From: Octopus vulgaris | Taxonomy: Eukaryota | Direction: 5' to 3' | DNA length: 64,000 bases | Assembly: GCA_951406725.2 (NCBI GenBank) | Contig: OX597814.1 | Location: forward strand, 87,854,001 to 87,918,000 | Shown: in pieces, positions 25,142 through 38,100 of the stretch | Position numbering within the stretch: position 1 is the stretch's first letter | Layout of the letters: each line of letters starts with the position of its first letter | Notes under the pieces: model-generated | Databases searched by the model: none | What the model was told of the DNA's origin: nothing | The model's input: the letters and a program-made list of their open reading frames with translations, nothing else | Made by a program: the position numbers and the translations under genes

Positions 25142-26432
25142 CGAGGGGCGTTCAATAAGTAATGCTCCTGACCCACTTCCCATAGCAGTAGAGCAACGAA
25201 ACTTGGCACAGGTATTAGTCTTTTTCAGCATAGGAAAAACCCAGAGTTACGCATTTCTCCCATCGTTTGATGCAGCTCCGGAGACCGTTTTCGTAGAAGA
25301 CCCCAGCTTGGTCCTCCAGCCACGACGTGACTTCAGAAATCAAGGCTGCATCAACTGGGAAACGCTTTCCTTTCAAAAACAACTTCATGGCTGGGAAGAG
25401 GTGAAAATCAGAGGGTGCAAGGTCAAGAGAGTAGGGGGATGGGGGAAGAGTTCATAGCCGCACGCCTGTGCTTCTGATCTGGCGACACGCGAGTTGTGAA
25501 CCGGAGCGTTGTCCTGCAGGAGGAGGATGCCTTTGCTGATCTTGCCCCGCCTCTTGGTTTTGATAGCTTCTCTTAATTTCCTCAAAAGTGAAGCATGATA
25601 GGCTCCTGTAATTGTGGTACCCTTTGCCAGGAAATCTGTCATCACTACTCCGTCCTGGTCCCAGAAGACTGTGAGCATGACCTTGCCAGCGGAGGGCTGC
25701 ACCCTTGTCTCCTTTGGAGGAGGTGAGTCATGGTGCTTCCACTGCATTGACTGGGATTTGGTCTCTGGATCATAGTGATGGACCCAGGTCTCATCCTGTG
25801 TAATCAGTCTTTTGAAAAATTTTTGCTTATCTTCTTGGCACATCCCTAAATTCATCCTCGAGCACTCGACGCGTTCTTGCTTCTGGAAAAGTGTGAGCAA
25901 CCTGGGAATCCATCTGGCAGACACCTTGCATATGCAAATGGTCATGAATGATAGTTTCCACAGACCCGGTACTAATCTTGACCTCATGGGCTATTTGGCG
26001 AATAGTTATGCGTCGATCTTCCAAAATGGCAGCCTCAACTTGACGGACAGATGCCTCATCAATGGCAGAAGGGGGGGCGACCAGATCTGGGAGCTGTTTC
26101 CACAGAGTTCCGACCATGTTTGAATTCACGATGCCAGCTTTTTACAAGGTCATATGATGGGGCATCATCACCATAAGTTACTTTTATTTCATCAAAAGTC
26201 TCCTGTGTTGTGCGTCATTTCAAATACAAAAACAGTATCACTGCTCGACACTCAACAGGCTCCAATTCCCACTTGACTCATTTCAAACACATGTAAATCA
26301 GAAACCACAGTTAGTTCGGAGCTGTAATTTGCCACGTAATCTATAGTAATATAAAGAATTGTACATGCAAAATTTCAGCTAGATCAAACAACGGCAAGTG
26401 GGTCAGAGGCATTACTTATTGAACGCCCCTCG
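25142..26432 (-). mobile_element. Full-length mariner (irritans-like) with frameshifted transposase
   Basis: TIRs cgaggggcgttcaataagtaatgc at both ends with TA flanks inside (TA)n. Motifs WIPRLL, ITQDETWVHHYDPE, SAGKVMLTVFWD and QDNAPVH. Confidence 0.95.
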
Positions 26433-26874
26433 TATATATATTCCACTCATGATTAAGTCTGCATAGCCAAATTTATTAATGAAATAAATAAACAAACCTC
26501 AAGTTCTGAACTTATCAAATTCCGAACATCATTTCATCCACCATCTCGTTTATTCATCCCCACCTCCAACGCATCACCTATCAGGGTAGTGTTACTGTTT
26601 TTCAAAAGTTTAGTAACAAGGCTTTAAATTATAGGCAATATTTCCATGAATTTAGAATAGTCAAGTAACGAATGTTAAACTACTATTTGTGTGATTTCTA
26701 TAAACAAAATATGGTTATAACATACTGCGATCAAATGTCCTGCCTCCTTCCTACCCTGCGGAAAATTGTACAAACCACGTGCTCACAAAAACTATTACAG
26801 CTTGCGTGGAGATGCAGATGGCAGGCTAGTTTCTTTTTCTTTTTAGTAGACCTTGATCAGACTCTGCGTTGGTT

Positions 26875-26949
<75 letters not shown>

Positions 26950-27149
26950 ACAAACACACACACACATATATATATAGTTCAAAAATTTCGTTATAGGTAT
27001 AAATATACCATAAACAAGTATAAAAAATGAAGGAAAAAAAGATGTCGAATTAAATTAGATTTAATACGAAGTTGGATCCAATACATACGTACGTTTCGAA
27101 AGACAATACAAATATGTAAGAAAAAATTATAATCATAGTAATTATAATT

Positions 27150-28290
27150 ATAAAGAGATTACACAAATTTTTCAAAAGCCATGGACTTACCATCATAATT
27201 GAGCAGGAACACACTTCTGTGAACTTTTTGGATGCAAATTTTAACCCCACTACTTTATCTTACCAACCATACCATAAACCTAATACCAATATTACTTAAA
27301 TACATTCGCAGAGCAATCATCCTACTAATATTCTTGATAACATACCTTATAACATTGAAAATAGAATTAATTCATTATCCTCGAATGAAGAAATTTTTCG
27401 TGAAGTATATTTGCCATTTACATATGGCTAACCCCTAAGGGTGGATGCTACTGTAGTTTGTAGCCCCAGGAGGACACCTCCTCCAGCTGGCTTTAGACAC
27501 ACTTTCTGTGCCCTATCAGTGTTTGCAAAGGGAAGCCATCCTTCCCGTCTTCAACTTATGATACACACGGACTCGAGTTTCTGGGTATTGACCCGTCATC
27601 GGCTTGTGACAATCACAGTTGTCGATGAAAAGTAGGTTCCCAGAAACTCGAGTCCGTGTGTATCATAAGTTGAAGACGGGAAGGACGGCTTCCCTTTGCA
27701 AACACTGAAAGTGTGTCTAAAGCCAGCTGTAGGAGGTGTCCTCCTGGGGCTACAAACTACAGTAGCATCCACCCTTAGGGGTTAGCCATATTTAAATGGC
27801 AAATATACGTCACGATGTGTTGCAGCTACTGTTTATAACACGCTCTAAGATTTATTATTGAAGAAATTTTTAATAAGCATAAAAACTATTACAATCTGAC
27901 TCTTAGGAATATTGGTTATAAATATCAAATTAAGTACAACAAAATTAACAATGAGTTTTCCAATCATACCAACAGTTATATGGATATGAATTTCAATAAA
28001 CACACAACAAATTCCAAGCACCATCATGAATTGGAATACCCTGGCACACATCTTATTTCTATGAAGTATATTTGTAATGATAACTCCACCATAAAACGGG
28101 AAAAATTTTTAATGACTATGGACCAAATAACAAGACTTTTACTAACCAGATTTTTACAAATACCAAAATTTCTAATAAGATAAACAACTGTAATGTCATA
28201 TACAGTCACTACGAGAAAAATATTAACATAGTTGGAAATAGTAACACGAAACAGTCTTTTCACAAAAATTCTCCTATTTCTTAATTCCAC
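27150..28290 (+). mobile_element. Penelope-like element remnant, interrupted by a palindrome
   Basis: EQEHTSVNFLD...YHKP...SNHPTNILDNIPYNIENRINSLSSNEEIF, a PLE RT thumb-region pattern. Confidence 0.6.
27399..27815. repeat. Long inverted repeat (~175-185 bp arms) with hammerhead-like motifs at the inner ends
   Basis: The arms are reverse complements. Minus strand 27564-27608 reads cacaag CCGATGA c gggt caat accc a GAAA ctcgaGTC cgtgtg. Confidence 0.9.
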
Positions 28291-28355
28291 CCCCCATAAA
28301 TATATATATATATATATATGCGCGCACGCGCGTATGTATGCATGTATGTATATAT

Positions 28356-30122
28356 GTTAGTTAGTTAGTTAGTTAGTTAATTTGGCTCAAAAGCAAATAG
28401 CAAGGCCATGTAGGGGGACATGGAGTTAAGTACAGGGTGGTGTTCATGTAAAGAGCTCAGGCCACTTGAGGTCAAGGGAGGCTTTGAACAAAGCGGTCGT
28501 CGGCATCTTCACCATCTCGTCTGGCAGCTTGTTCCACGGATCCGCAACCTGGACGGAGAAAGCTCCTCTCCTTCGATTGAGATGAAATCGTCGCAGGTAG
28601 AGCTTTTCGGAATGACCCCGCAGCCGACGCTCTGGAGCAGGAGTGAAGAACAGCTCTTTCGAGAGGTTACACTTTCCGCTTATGATGTTGTGGGCGAGAA
28701 TGCGATCACCACGGCGGCGGCGTTTTTCAAGAGAATAAAGGTCGAGCGTCCTCAGCCTTTCTTCATAGGACAAATTTTTGAGACCATGAACCATGCGGGT
28801 ACCCAGCTTCTGGACTCTTTCGAGATGCTGTATGTCTTTGAGGAGATAAGGAGAAGATGCTTGAATCCCGTACTCCAATATGGGTCTCACCAGCGTGACA
28901 TAGAGTGGTAGGAATATGGCTGCTGTGAGCATTCCGAATGACCGTCGAATCAAGAACAGAATTCCGCGTGCTTTGTTGGCAGCATGGACGCACTGGTCCG
29001 AAGGCGAAAAGGAGGAATCCACCAAGATACCCAGGTCCTTTACCTGATCGGTCCTCTCCAGCAGCAGACGACCCGGCTCGAAATCAAGTTGAGTTGCAGG
29101 AGGAGAGCCAACAGGCAGATGACAGCACTTTGACACGTTCAGACACAGGTCCCATTTGTTAGACCACTTCCAAATTTGGTGGAGGCATCGACGAAGATCC
29201 TCTATATCACCGCGAGGAACGACCAGTTTGATATCGTCGGGAAATAGAAGGGTGTGTTGCGTGAGGTCGTCGGGCAAGTCATTTATGAAGACTAAGAACA
29301 ATAAGGGCCCAAGCACTGAACCTTGAGGCACGCCACTGCTCGCACTGGAGACGTCGGACCGCGAACCATTAACTTGGACTTGGAAGGAGCGATCTGAGAG
29401 GAAGGCACCAACCCAACGTACAATATCCGGATGGAAACTATATGCTTGAAGCTTGACAAGTAATAGGCGGTGGTTTACCGAGTCAAAAGCTTTGCCAAAG
29501 TCCAATAAAACGATGTCAACAGCATCACTATCATCGAGGATGCGCGTCACCAATTCTTCCATTACCAGTAAGTTGGTCAAACATGATCTCTTCGGCACGA
29601 AGCCGTGTTGGGAATCAGAGATAGAGGCTGTGTTTTGGAGGTGGAGCATCATACTTTTCTTAAGGATGGTTTCGAACATCTTGCTGATTATTGATGTAAG
29701 GGAAACCGGTCGGTAGTTAAGCGGGTCTTCGCGGCTCCCTTTCTTGAAAATTGGGCAGATTATCGCTGTTCTCCAGTCCGCAGGTATAACACCCGTCGCC
29801 AATGACATATTGAATAGACGTGTTAAGGGCTCGCAGATGACCGGAGCCAACGCTTTGATAACCCGTGGGTGTATGCCGTCAGGGCCGTGACCCTTGTTGA
29901 CATCGAGGCCTTGAATAACACGTTTGACTTCGTCCCGCGCGATGACCAATCTAGGCATTGGAGGTACCGATCTATCAAATGGAGGGGGTTCACTACCATC
30001 ATCTTGTTTGAAAATAGTTGAAAAAGCCTCGGCAAATAATTGACTCTGTTGATAAGGGTCCTCAATCGATACGCCTGTTGAGTCTACCAACGCTGCAATC
30101 TGGTTGTTCAAGCGGGAATTCC
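28356..30122 (-). mobile_element. CR1-clade LINE, 5'-truncated, with (TAAC)n tail
   Basis: Open RT frame; 3' tandem repeat gttagttagtt at 28356-28380. Confidence 0.92.
28444..30122 (-). CDS. CR1-type reverse transcriptase (uninterrupted frame, no endonuclease; catalytic motif reads FPDD)
   Basis: GPDGIHP, NYRPVSLTS, QHGF, LDFGKAFDSV, SGVPQGSVLGPLLF, FPDD, YEERL, RGD, LRGH and WNKLP. Confidence 0.85.
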
Positions 30123-30171
30123 GTTGGACATGGGCATGCATGTATGCAAGTACGAGTATGTGTGTGTATGA

Positions 30172-30420
30172 AGGCACGTGGCTTAGTGGTTAGGGTGTTG
30201 CACTCACGATTGCAAAATCATGGGTTCGATTCCCAGACCGGACTTTGCGTTGTGTTCTTGAGCAAAGCACTTTATTTCAAGTTGCTTTGCGATCATTTCG
30301 TTGTCTGACATGTAGCACACGGTGCACCTGTACAGGTAATGTCGATTTGATGACGGGAGTGAGCTTACGTATATATACACAAACATTTGATCATTATAAA
30401 CAAATCATCGGTGTGGTTGA
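30172..30420 (+). mobile_element. tRNA-derived SINE
   Basis: A box tggcttagtgg and B box ggttcgattcc, followed by a non-tRNA body. Confidence 0.8.
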
Positions 30421-30779
30421 TCGGCAAGAAATCCAATTCTTTATTTGCCACTAAGGGCTTTACACAGAGGGACAATACAGGACAGACAGGGTGGAATCAT
30501 GTAGTCGATAACATTTAGTCGATAAACAGCGTGATTGTGAGTAAACAGTAATAACAGGTGTGAAGATAAAAAAAAATGAATAAAACAATAATAACAAAGA
30601 GGTAGCCAAAGGGGGAAGCATGCTGGGTTGGACGTGGAGACCCCACAAGCCACGAGCCAAACTAGTCGCTAGGGTAAAACCTAGGAATTCAGGCTCAAGT
30701 TAGACATGCTGCCTAACATGAATGAGAACATGAGAGAAGAAAAGAGGAGTTATTTATATTATGGGCTGTGCGTGTGTGT

Positions 30780-31420
30780 GTGGGTGTTGAAAGATTTTCC
30801 TCTCTCCCTTAGGTTTTCACGATTAAGTTTTTGTAAAGGTGTTTGGTAATGGTTCTCTGTAGACTCCCTATAGCATTGGGGTAGTTTTTCTTTAGGTGGA
30901 TGTATTGGTCACTGTTTATTTTTACTATTTGTATGTGCTTGAGGCCATGCGGTAGCGTACTAATAGGATTGTATGGTGCAATGTCTGTGTTGTCTCTTGT
31001 ATGTGTTTCATGAGGGATACGTTTTTTATGTTGATGACTGTGAAATTTGTGACTGTGCTTTTGGTGTGCGGTGCTGGTGGTGTAGGTAATGTGAATGTGT
31101 GTGATGGTGATTGTGTGCCTGTGTTCTGGTGGTGTGTTAGAGTGGAGTCTTTTCTTCTTTTTTTTCCTTTTGGGTATCTCCTTCCAATCATCGCTGTTGT
31201 CTTCTTTGGGGCCAACAGGGTCCAACTGAGTAGGTGATAAATCCCTTTGGGTTGGATGATTAGGTTTATTTCATAGGAGTTGAGGTGGTTGGTTCGATGG
31301 CTAGGTCTTGGCAATGCGATACTTTCTCTTAGGGTGGTGCATTTGTCTCTATAAGCTCACAAAATATGTCCGTTCAGCAAGAAATTGCCGAACCCTTATA
31401 CGTCGTCTAACGAGGGGAGA
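30780..31420 (-). mobile_element. Possible 5' region/ORF1 fragment of a retroelement
   Basis: MDPVGPKEDNSDDWKEIPKRKKKKKR is a basic N-terminus typical of retroelement ORF1; no catalytic motif. Confidence 0.3.
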
Positions 31421-31547
31421 GTCCATGATAAACACACACACACACACGTGTATGTATATATATATATGCATATATCCCTATTTTCATCAATACAACATAT
31501 ATATATATAGACATACACATGCACACATATATATACACGTACATAAT

Positions 31548-31588
<41 letters not shown>

Positions 31589-31699
31589 CATACGTATGTG
31601 TATATATATATATATATATATGCACATATGCCTATGTTCATCAATACATACGTATATAGATAAATCACAAGAGAAATGAGCAACACCACAATCACAACT

Positions 31700-32830
31700 G
31701 ACATTACCAAAGCACAGATACACTCCAGTACCTAAATTTCAAATCATGCCACCCAACACACACAAAACGCAACATCCCGTACTGTCTATCCAGGAAAATT
31801 TGTACTATAGTAGATGATCCAAATACCAGAAACATCAACTTATAGAACTCAAAGGATTTCTGCAAAATTACCTTCTCCTACTTATAGAAAATAGCATATA
31901 ACGGGCAAAAGAGATACCTATAGAACAACTTAAGGCAACACGAAAAAGACAAACCCATCAACGGAACACAATACCATTTCTAGTAACACACAATCCGCAT
32001 CATCAAAACATTTTTAACATCATCAAAACAATTTTGCCAATCATAAAGTGAAAAATTAAAAAACATAATAATTAATCAAACACTTATCTTAAGCAAAAGG
32101 CAACCACATAACCTAAAGAAACTATTAACAAAGGCAAAATTCAACATGAACAAACAGCATAAAACTTTTACAGTATCGAAGTATAATGATAACAAATGTG
32201 GAACGTGTTAATACATGCATACTGGTAGATCCATTAGAACAAAAAATGGACAGATTTTCGCAAATGCAGATATGAACAGCAAAAGCAGAAATTTGATCAA
32301 CTGCATTAAATGCCCGAATTGCTACGAACTATATAGAGGCGAGACAGGGGATGCATTATCGGAACGCTCACCAGTCCACAGACAACAAATCCGGAACACC
32401 AATGTTCGCCAAATTCCATTGAGCGAACATATAGAAACATGTGGTCAGAAAATGTTTCTAATTTTTCCTTTCCACAAACTACATGACACAAGTGAGGTTG
32501 GAAGAAAGATAAAACAAAAACGGTTTATTAAAATGTTCAAACCGGTTCTGAATGGAAATAACAACAATAATATAGCAACCAGTTAATGATGTGGATTAAA
32601 AAGTATCGTTAACATATGAATATAAACAAATTGCAGAATATCGGTACACACGGCAAACCATGACGTTTAAGCTGCATGTGGGTTGGTCAAAACCGCATTC
32701 CAAAAATTCAGCTTGTTGGAACGTTCTAAGAGGTACTACAGTTGTCAAGAATTCAACTGTCAGTTAAATAAATTTTGAAATCTGATGATTACTACGAACG
32801 TATGAAAGCACTAAATGAACTCTATGAACA
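31700..32830 (+). mobile_element. Penelope-like element 3' part with GIY-YIG endonuclease (pseudogene)
   Basis: YLNFKSCHPTHTKRNIPY...KRQPHNLKKLL...CGTC...NLINCIKCPNCYELYRGETG...R...H...EH...E-like...LN. Decayed HHR-like ctgatga..gaaa at ~32782-32812. Confidence 0.85.
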
Positions 32831-32967
32831 TTACAAAAAATTTTTTAATGTTAAAATACCATAATAAAAAAACGTAAAATCCAGACCATGTTTTAACCTT
32901 ATTCAACTGATATATTATTCGATACACATTCACACAAATTCAGAAAAAATAGATACATACTTACATA

Positions 32968-33105
<138 letters not shown>

Positions 33106-33689
33106 ATATATATAGCGAATCGGTTCAAGGATTCTTTGCCAGAATTCGAAACCCAGTCTGGATTTTTCTATGAGTGCCTTCCTATTGTTCTCGGCATTAG
33201 CACTTAGAAATTTATGAGTCACTTTTATATTTACATAAGAGCTGTTGTTTTCTAAGTATACTTTAGTTCAGAGCAGATAATAGACAACAAATTCTTTGTT
33301 TAACCGGACCTAAATTAATTAGGAAAATATTATAAACACAGGATCCAAATTCAGTTTTTCCTCGCTGAAGAGTCAGACCTCTTTCGATTGACGCCTGGCC
33401 AAAGGAAAACCTGTCAAGGAAGGAACATACAACTTTCACCCTCTCTACTCTTTCTTCCATCTGTATCCTGGCAGTCACTTAGATAGCTGAACACAACTAC
33501 TTACCAAATAGACAATAGGTGACGGGAATATCATAAGAGGTAGCTGTCTCGTATCACTTTGCAGCACTTGCTTTCCGCTCTCTGTAGATGAAGAAGAGAT
33601 AACTACTCCGAAGCGCATTCATCCCACTGTCTGGTTAGGGAACGATGTGAGTTGACTCGCTGTATGTACACCTATTTGCCTACAGCGAA

Positions 33690-33970
33690 AAATTTTTAGT
33701 CGAACAAATCGACTCCAGGATTTATTTTTTGTAAGCCTAGTACTTATTCTATCGATCTCTTCACCGAACAGTTAAATTACGGGAACGTAAACACACCAAC
33801 ATCGGTTGTCAAGCGATGGTGGTGGGGACAAACGCAGACACAAATACTCAAATATATATATATACATATATACGACGGGCTCCTTACGGTTTCCGTCTAC
33901 CAAATTCACTCACAAGGCTTTTGTCAGCCCGAGGTTATAGTAGAAGAAATTTTCCCAAGGTGCTACGTAG
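33690..33970 (-). mobile_element. tRNA-derived SINE (family of 39841-40215), partial
   Basis: gcctagtacttattct...gtcaagcgatg...ccgtctaccaaattcactcacaagg. Confidence 0.8.
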
Positions 33971-34643
33971 AAGAAACTTTCCGTAAAGATGTGCATTCGT
34001 ATGCAGCTTGTCTTTCAGTAAAGATGCGCAGCCTGATGAGTTGACTGGTGCTATGGGAAAATTCCCGAAACCATTAAATGTCTTCATTGCATCATAGAAA
34101 TTGGATAAATCATACCTGCAACATGCATCGAGATTGTTTGCGCTTTTTACATCTGTAGTTCAGAGTGGACCGAGTTTCACTCCGAAATAACTCACTAATA
34201 CTTTTTAAGCTAAAAAAAAAAAAAACGGTTTCTCTCGAATTATTCTGTAGGCCTTGTGCATATCATTCTGGAGTCTGCCGAGTGTGTTGAATCCCTATCG
34301 AATCAGTCTTCATATTTTTATTTATTTATTTATTTATTTATTTTGCGTTTTGAAACCGAAGGTTTTGTACACACGTCATAGTATGGAACTTAGGTAAGAT
34401 GATCCTAGCTCTCGAGGTAATGAGTACTGCTGATGCTTTTTGTTTAATGACTAATAAAAGTCCTTACAAATATAGGAATTCAAGCTTTCAGAACATAATG
34501 TTTAATAATAATTGCATAGCTTAACCTGTGCAATATTAAACAATACTGACCGCTAATAGAAGCCAACCAGTGTCTCGAGACGACTCCACGATGATGTTGT
34601 CCACTCTCAAGATAATCTTTTCAGAAGAATATAAATGCAGACA

Positions 34644-34644
<1 letters not shown>

Positions 34645-34742
<98 letters not shown>

Positions 34743-35417
34743 ACATGTATACATACATGCATTCATGCATGCATACATATATACATGCATACATACATAA
34801 ATGCATGCATTCATGCATGCATGAATGCATTCATGGATGCACATACATACATATATACATACACATATGGCGATTGCTCCATTTTCACAGATGATTGCTT
34901 TCTGTCCATGACCTCTCAAATGACTACTCGTCTCACTGCAGATCTGCATGGCTTGGAAGTCTAGGTGGCAGACGAAAGTTGTAACTTACAGTGCTCTTCC
35001 AGCTGGTTAGGTCTGCAAAAGTCACCGATTTTCCATCACCAGAGGACTTTCATCAGATGAAGTGACAAATGAGGTCATCATAAAGAGACATCTGCGCAAC
35101 ATTAAATTATAATGATAAACGCTAGTACGACGCAAATACCACTTAGTGACAAGCCTATATAAGCCGACCAGTAAACACATGAAACCACAGGTCTTACATA
35201 AATACATACATACATACATACATACATACATACATGCATGCATACATACATACATACTTACATACATACATACATACATAAATACATACATACATACATA
35301 CATACATACATAAATACATACATACATACATAAATACATACATACGTACATACATACATACATACATACATACATACATACATACATACATACATACATA
35401 CATACATACATACATAC

Positions 35418-35448
<31 letters not shown>

Positions 35449-35576
35449 CATACATACATACATACATAAATACATACATACATACATACATACATACAAA
35501 GATACATACATATATACATACATACATACATACATGCATGCATACATACATAAATACATACATACATACATACATA
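34645..35576. repeat. (TATC)n and long (TACA)n microsatellites
   Basis: (TATC)n at 34645-34742 and (ACAT)n at 35196-35576. Confidence 0.9.
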
Positions 35577-36054
35577 AACGCTCACACACATAGAGGTGAG
35601 AGAGTATAAGAGAGAGAGGGTGAGAGAGAGAATAGTAAAAAAAGGTAGAGATGATTCATAATTTCATTCAGTTCTGCTGCTGTTTCCACTGTAAGAACGC
35701 AATCGTCATAATTCATAAAATAACGTTATTATTAAACAAAATTTCATAGTTAATTTCAATGCGATAAGTATACGGTTTCATTAGGAGATAAAAAATTGAA
35801 CAATGAAGATCAAAACATCGTCGCTGTTTTAAATATCTTTGCTTGTGAAAACTTATTGTTTTTTCCTGTTTTAAATACGTTTCCTGAATAATCGTTTTGG
35901 CCAATTATAAATGTATGCAAACTTATTCCGGTTATACTTATTCCCTTGTAATAATATTCCGGGGCTTAACGTTATACTAATAAGTAAGCTCTGAAATGCA
36001 GTGGATATATTTTATGGTGCTTATATACACGCACACAGACAGACAGACAAACAG

Positions 36055-36099
<45 letters not shown>

Positions 36100-36105
<6 letters not shown>

Positions 36106-36663
36106 TGCTGAAACCATGGACTTGTCTTCTGAAGCATTGTCTTGATGCAACAAAACCCTTTTCGTCACTTTTCCGGGGCGTTTGGTCTTGATAGCTTTTG
36201 TTAACTGCCTCAGTAAGTTGACATAGTATTCTCCATTGAAGACAGTCAATAATTACCCAAATACTGAGGCCATGACATTCCCTGCAGATGAAACGACATT
36301 GGCCTTCTCTGGAGAAGGTGAGAAGAGATACTTTTGCTGCATGGATTGTCTCATTGTCTCTGGCTCAGTGATGAAGCTAATACTCTTCCTGAGATGGGAA
36401 GCGTTCAAGGAAACCAGCTGGATCTACTTGAAACCATGTCTGATTTTCCCGTGATATGATCAGCCTGGTGCGCTTTTGATCAGATATCATAAGACGTGAC
36501 ACCCACCGAGCAGAAACCTCCGTCATACCAAGTTCATTGCGCAGATATTCTCAAATCTCAATCGGAATATGCTAATAGCATTGGCTATTTGATTTATAGC
36601 CAATCTCCAGTCATCCAAAACCATGTGCTGTACACGATTATTATTTTCCTCATCTTTATACAT
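36100..36663 (-). mobile_element. Mariner (irritans-like) transposase remnant
   Basis: VLDDWRLAINQIA...SAGNVMASVF...YYVNLLRQLTKAIKTKRPGK...LLHQDNA. Confidence 0.85.
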
Positions 36664-36719
36664 ACTAGCAGAGATACCCGGCCTTGCTCGGGATGAAAAT
36701 GGCATAGTTTTTTTTATTG

Positions 36720-37222
36720 TTTTACTTTTTTCAGGCATGTGTCTGCGGCCATGTTGGAGCACCGCCGACTAATTATTCTATCAGTGACTTTTGCCAAACC
36801 GCTAAGTTATAGGTATGTAGACACACCAACATTGGTTGTAAAACAATGGTGGAGGTGCACACACACATACACACACACACGCACGCACGCATGCACGCAC
36901 GCACGCATGCACGCACGCACGCATGCACGCACGCACGCATGCACGCACGCACGCATGCACGCACGCACGCATGCACGCACGCACGCATGCACGCACGCAC
37001 TCATGCACGCACGCACGCATGCACGCACGCACGCATGCACGCACGCACGCATGCACGCACGCACGCATGCACGCACGCACGCATGCACGCACGCACGCAT
37101 GCACGCACGCACGCATGCACGCACGCACTCACACACACTAATATATACATATATACCACAATGTTCTTTCACTTTCCGTGTACGAAATCCACTCTCAAGG
37201 ATTTGGTGGGCCAGAGGCTATA
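36720..37222 (-). mobile_element. SINE copy with internal (GCACGCACGCAT)n expansion (~36880-37128)
   Basis: SINE tail (ggccatgttggagcaccgcc...gccaaaccgctaagtta) and head (aaatccactctcaagg) flank the repeat. Confidence 0.75.
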
Positions 37223-37225
37223 ATG

Positions 37226-37291
<66 letters not shown>

Positions 37292-37882
37292 TCAAAACCT
37301 ATATAAATTGGCTGAAGAGTACTCAGCATCTTAAATCTGCTGTAATATTTACAGCTTTTAATAAAATGTTGTAGTACAAAACAATCGTACCAAATCACCG
37401 GAGTCATTCTTGTTGCTTATTTTTTATTATAATCACCCCGCAAATTTTTATGGGTAACACCATACAAAATTCTGGTGCATCTAAATTAAGTACCATATTC
37501 ATTTGAATCTAAATTGTTGCTGATCTTATATATATATATATATATATAAGAAAGAAAAGTGGTGGGGTTGACGTGCAGGTGTACTTGTAAACATTAACCG
37601 ATTTGGTTGGTATTTCTTGCACGTCCCTCTACCACTGAACAGGTATTTGAGAATAGCTGTGCTATACTAACCCTAACAATGTGCGCAGTAAAAAAAAATC
37701 TGATTAAAAACAAGAATTTGTAAGCGTTATTGTCGGGCCCCTCGTATCATTAATAATATCTGATACAAGTTACCGCCCCTTGTATCATCCGACGTTTATT
37801 TATATTGTTTAGTATAAAATACTTAAAAATAGATGAATCTTTGTAATTTTTTGCATACTTCATTTATTTTGGATATATTTCG

Positions 37883-38100
37883 AATCTTTTCACTTTGACC
37901 GGCAGATTTTAAAAATAATTTCTTTGTAACTAAACACTTTTAAACTTCGTATACTGGTAGAATGTGTCGCATAAAACATCTTTTTCTCTTGGCGTTCTTG
38001 AAAAAATTCTGTAGTTTGTAAGCTATTTATTGTTTGATTTCTCGTCTTTCAACAATTTCAACCAATCAATGACGTCTATTGAGGTGAATACAATTACTGC
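37883..38100 (+). mobile_element. Terminus related to the 22295-23942 long-TIR element
   Basis: Shares taactaaaca...aaacttcgtatactggtagaatgtgtc. Confidence 0.65.

Noticed and set aside
27085-27100. GAAAC-GTAC-GTA hammerhead half on the minus strand
   Set aside because: The upstream CUGANGA and stem II are missing; at most a truncated remnant.
30172-30245. Possible tRNA gene
   Set aside because: No acceptor stem or terminator; it runs into a SINE body repeated at 1555-1795.
34033-34085. ctgatgag...gggaaaattccc gaaac hammerhead-like string (similar weak cases at ~35010-35060 and ~40685-40700)
   Set aside because: Stems I and III or the GAAA spacing could not be formed convincingly.
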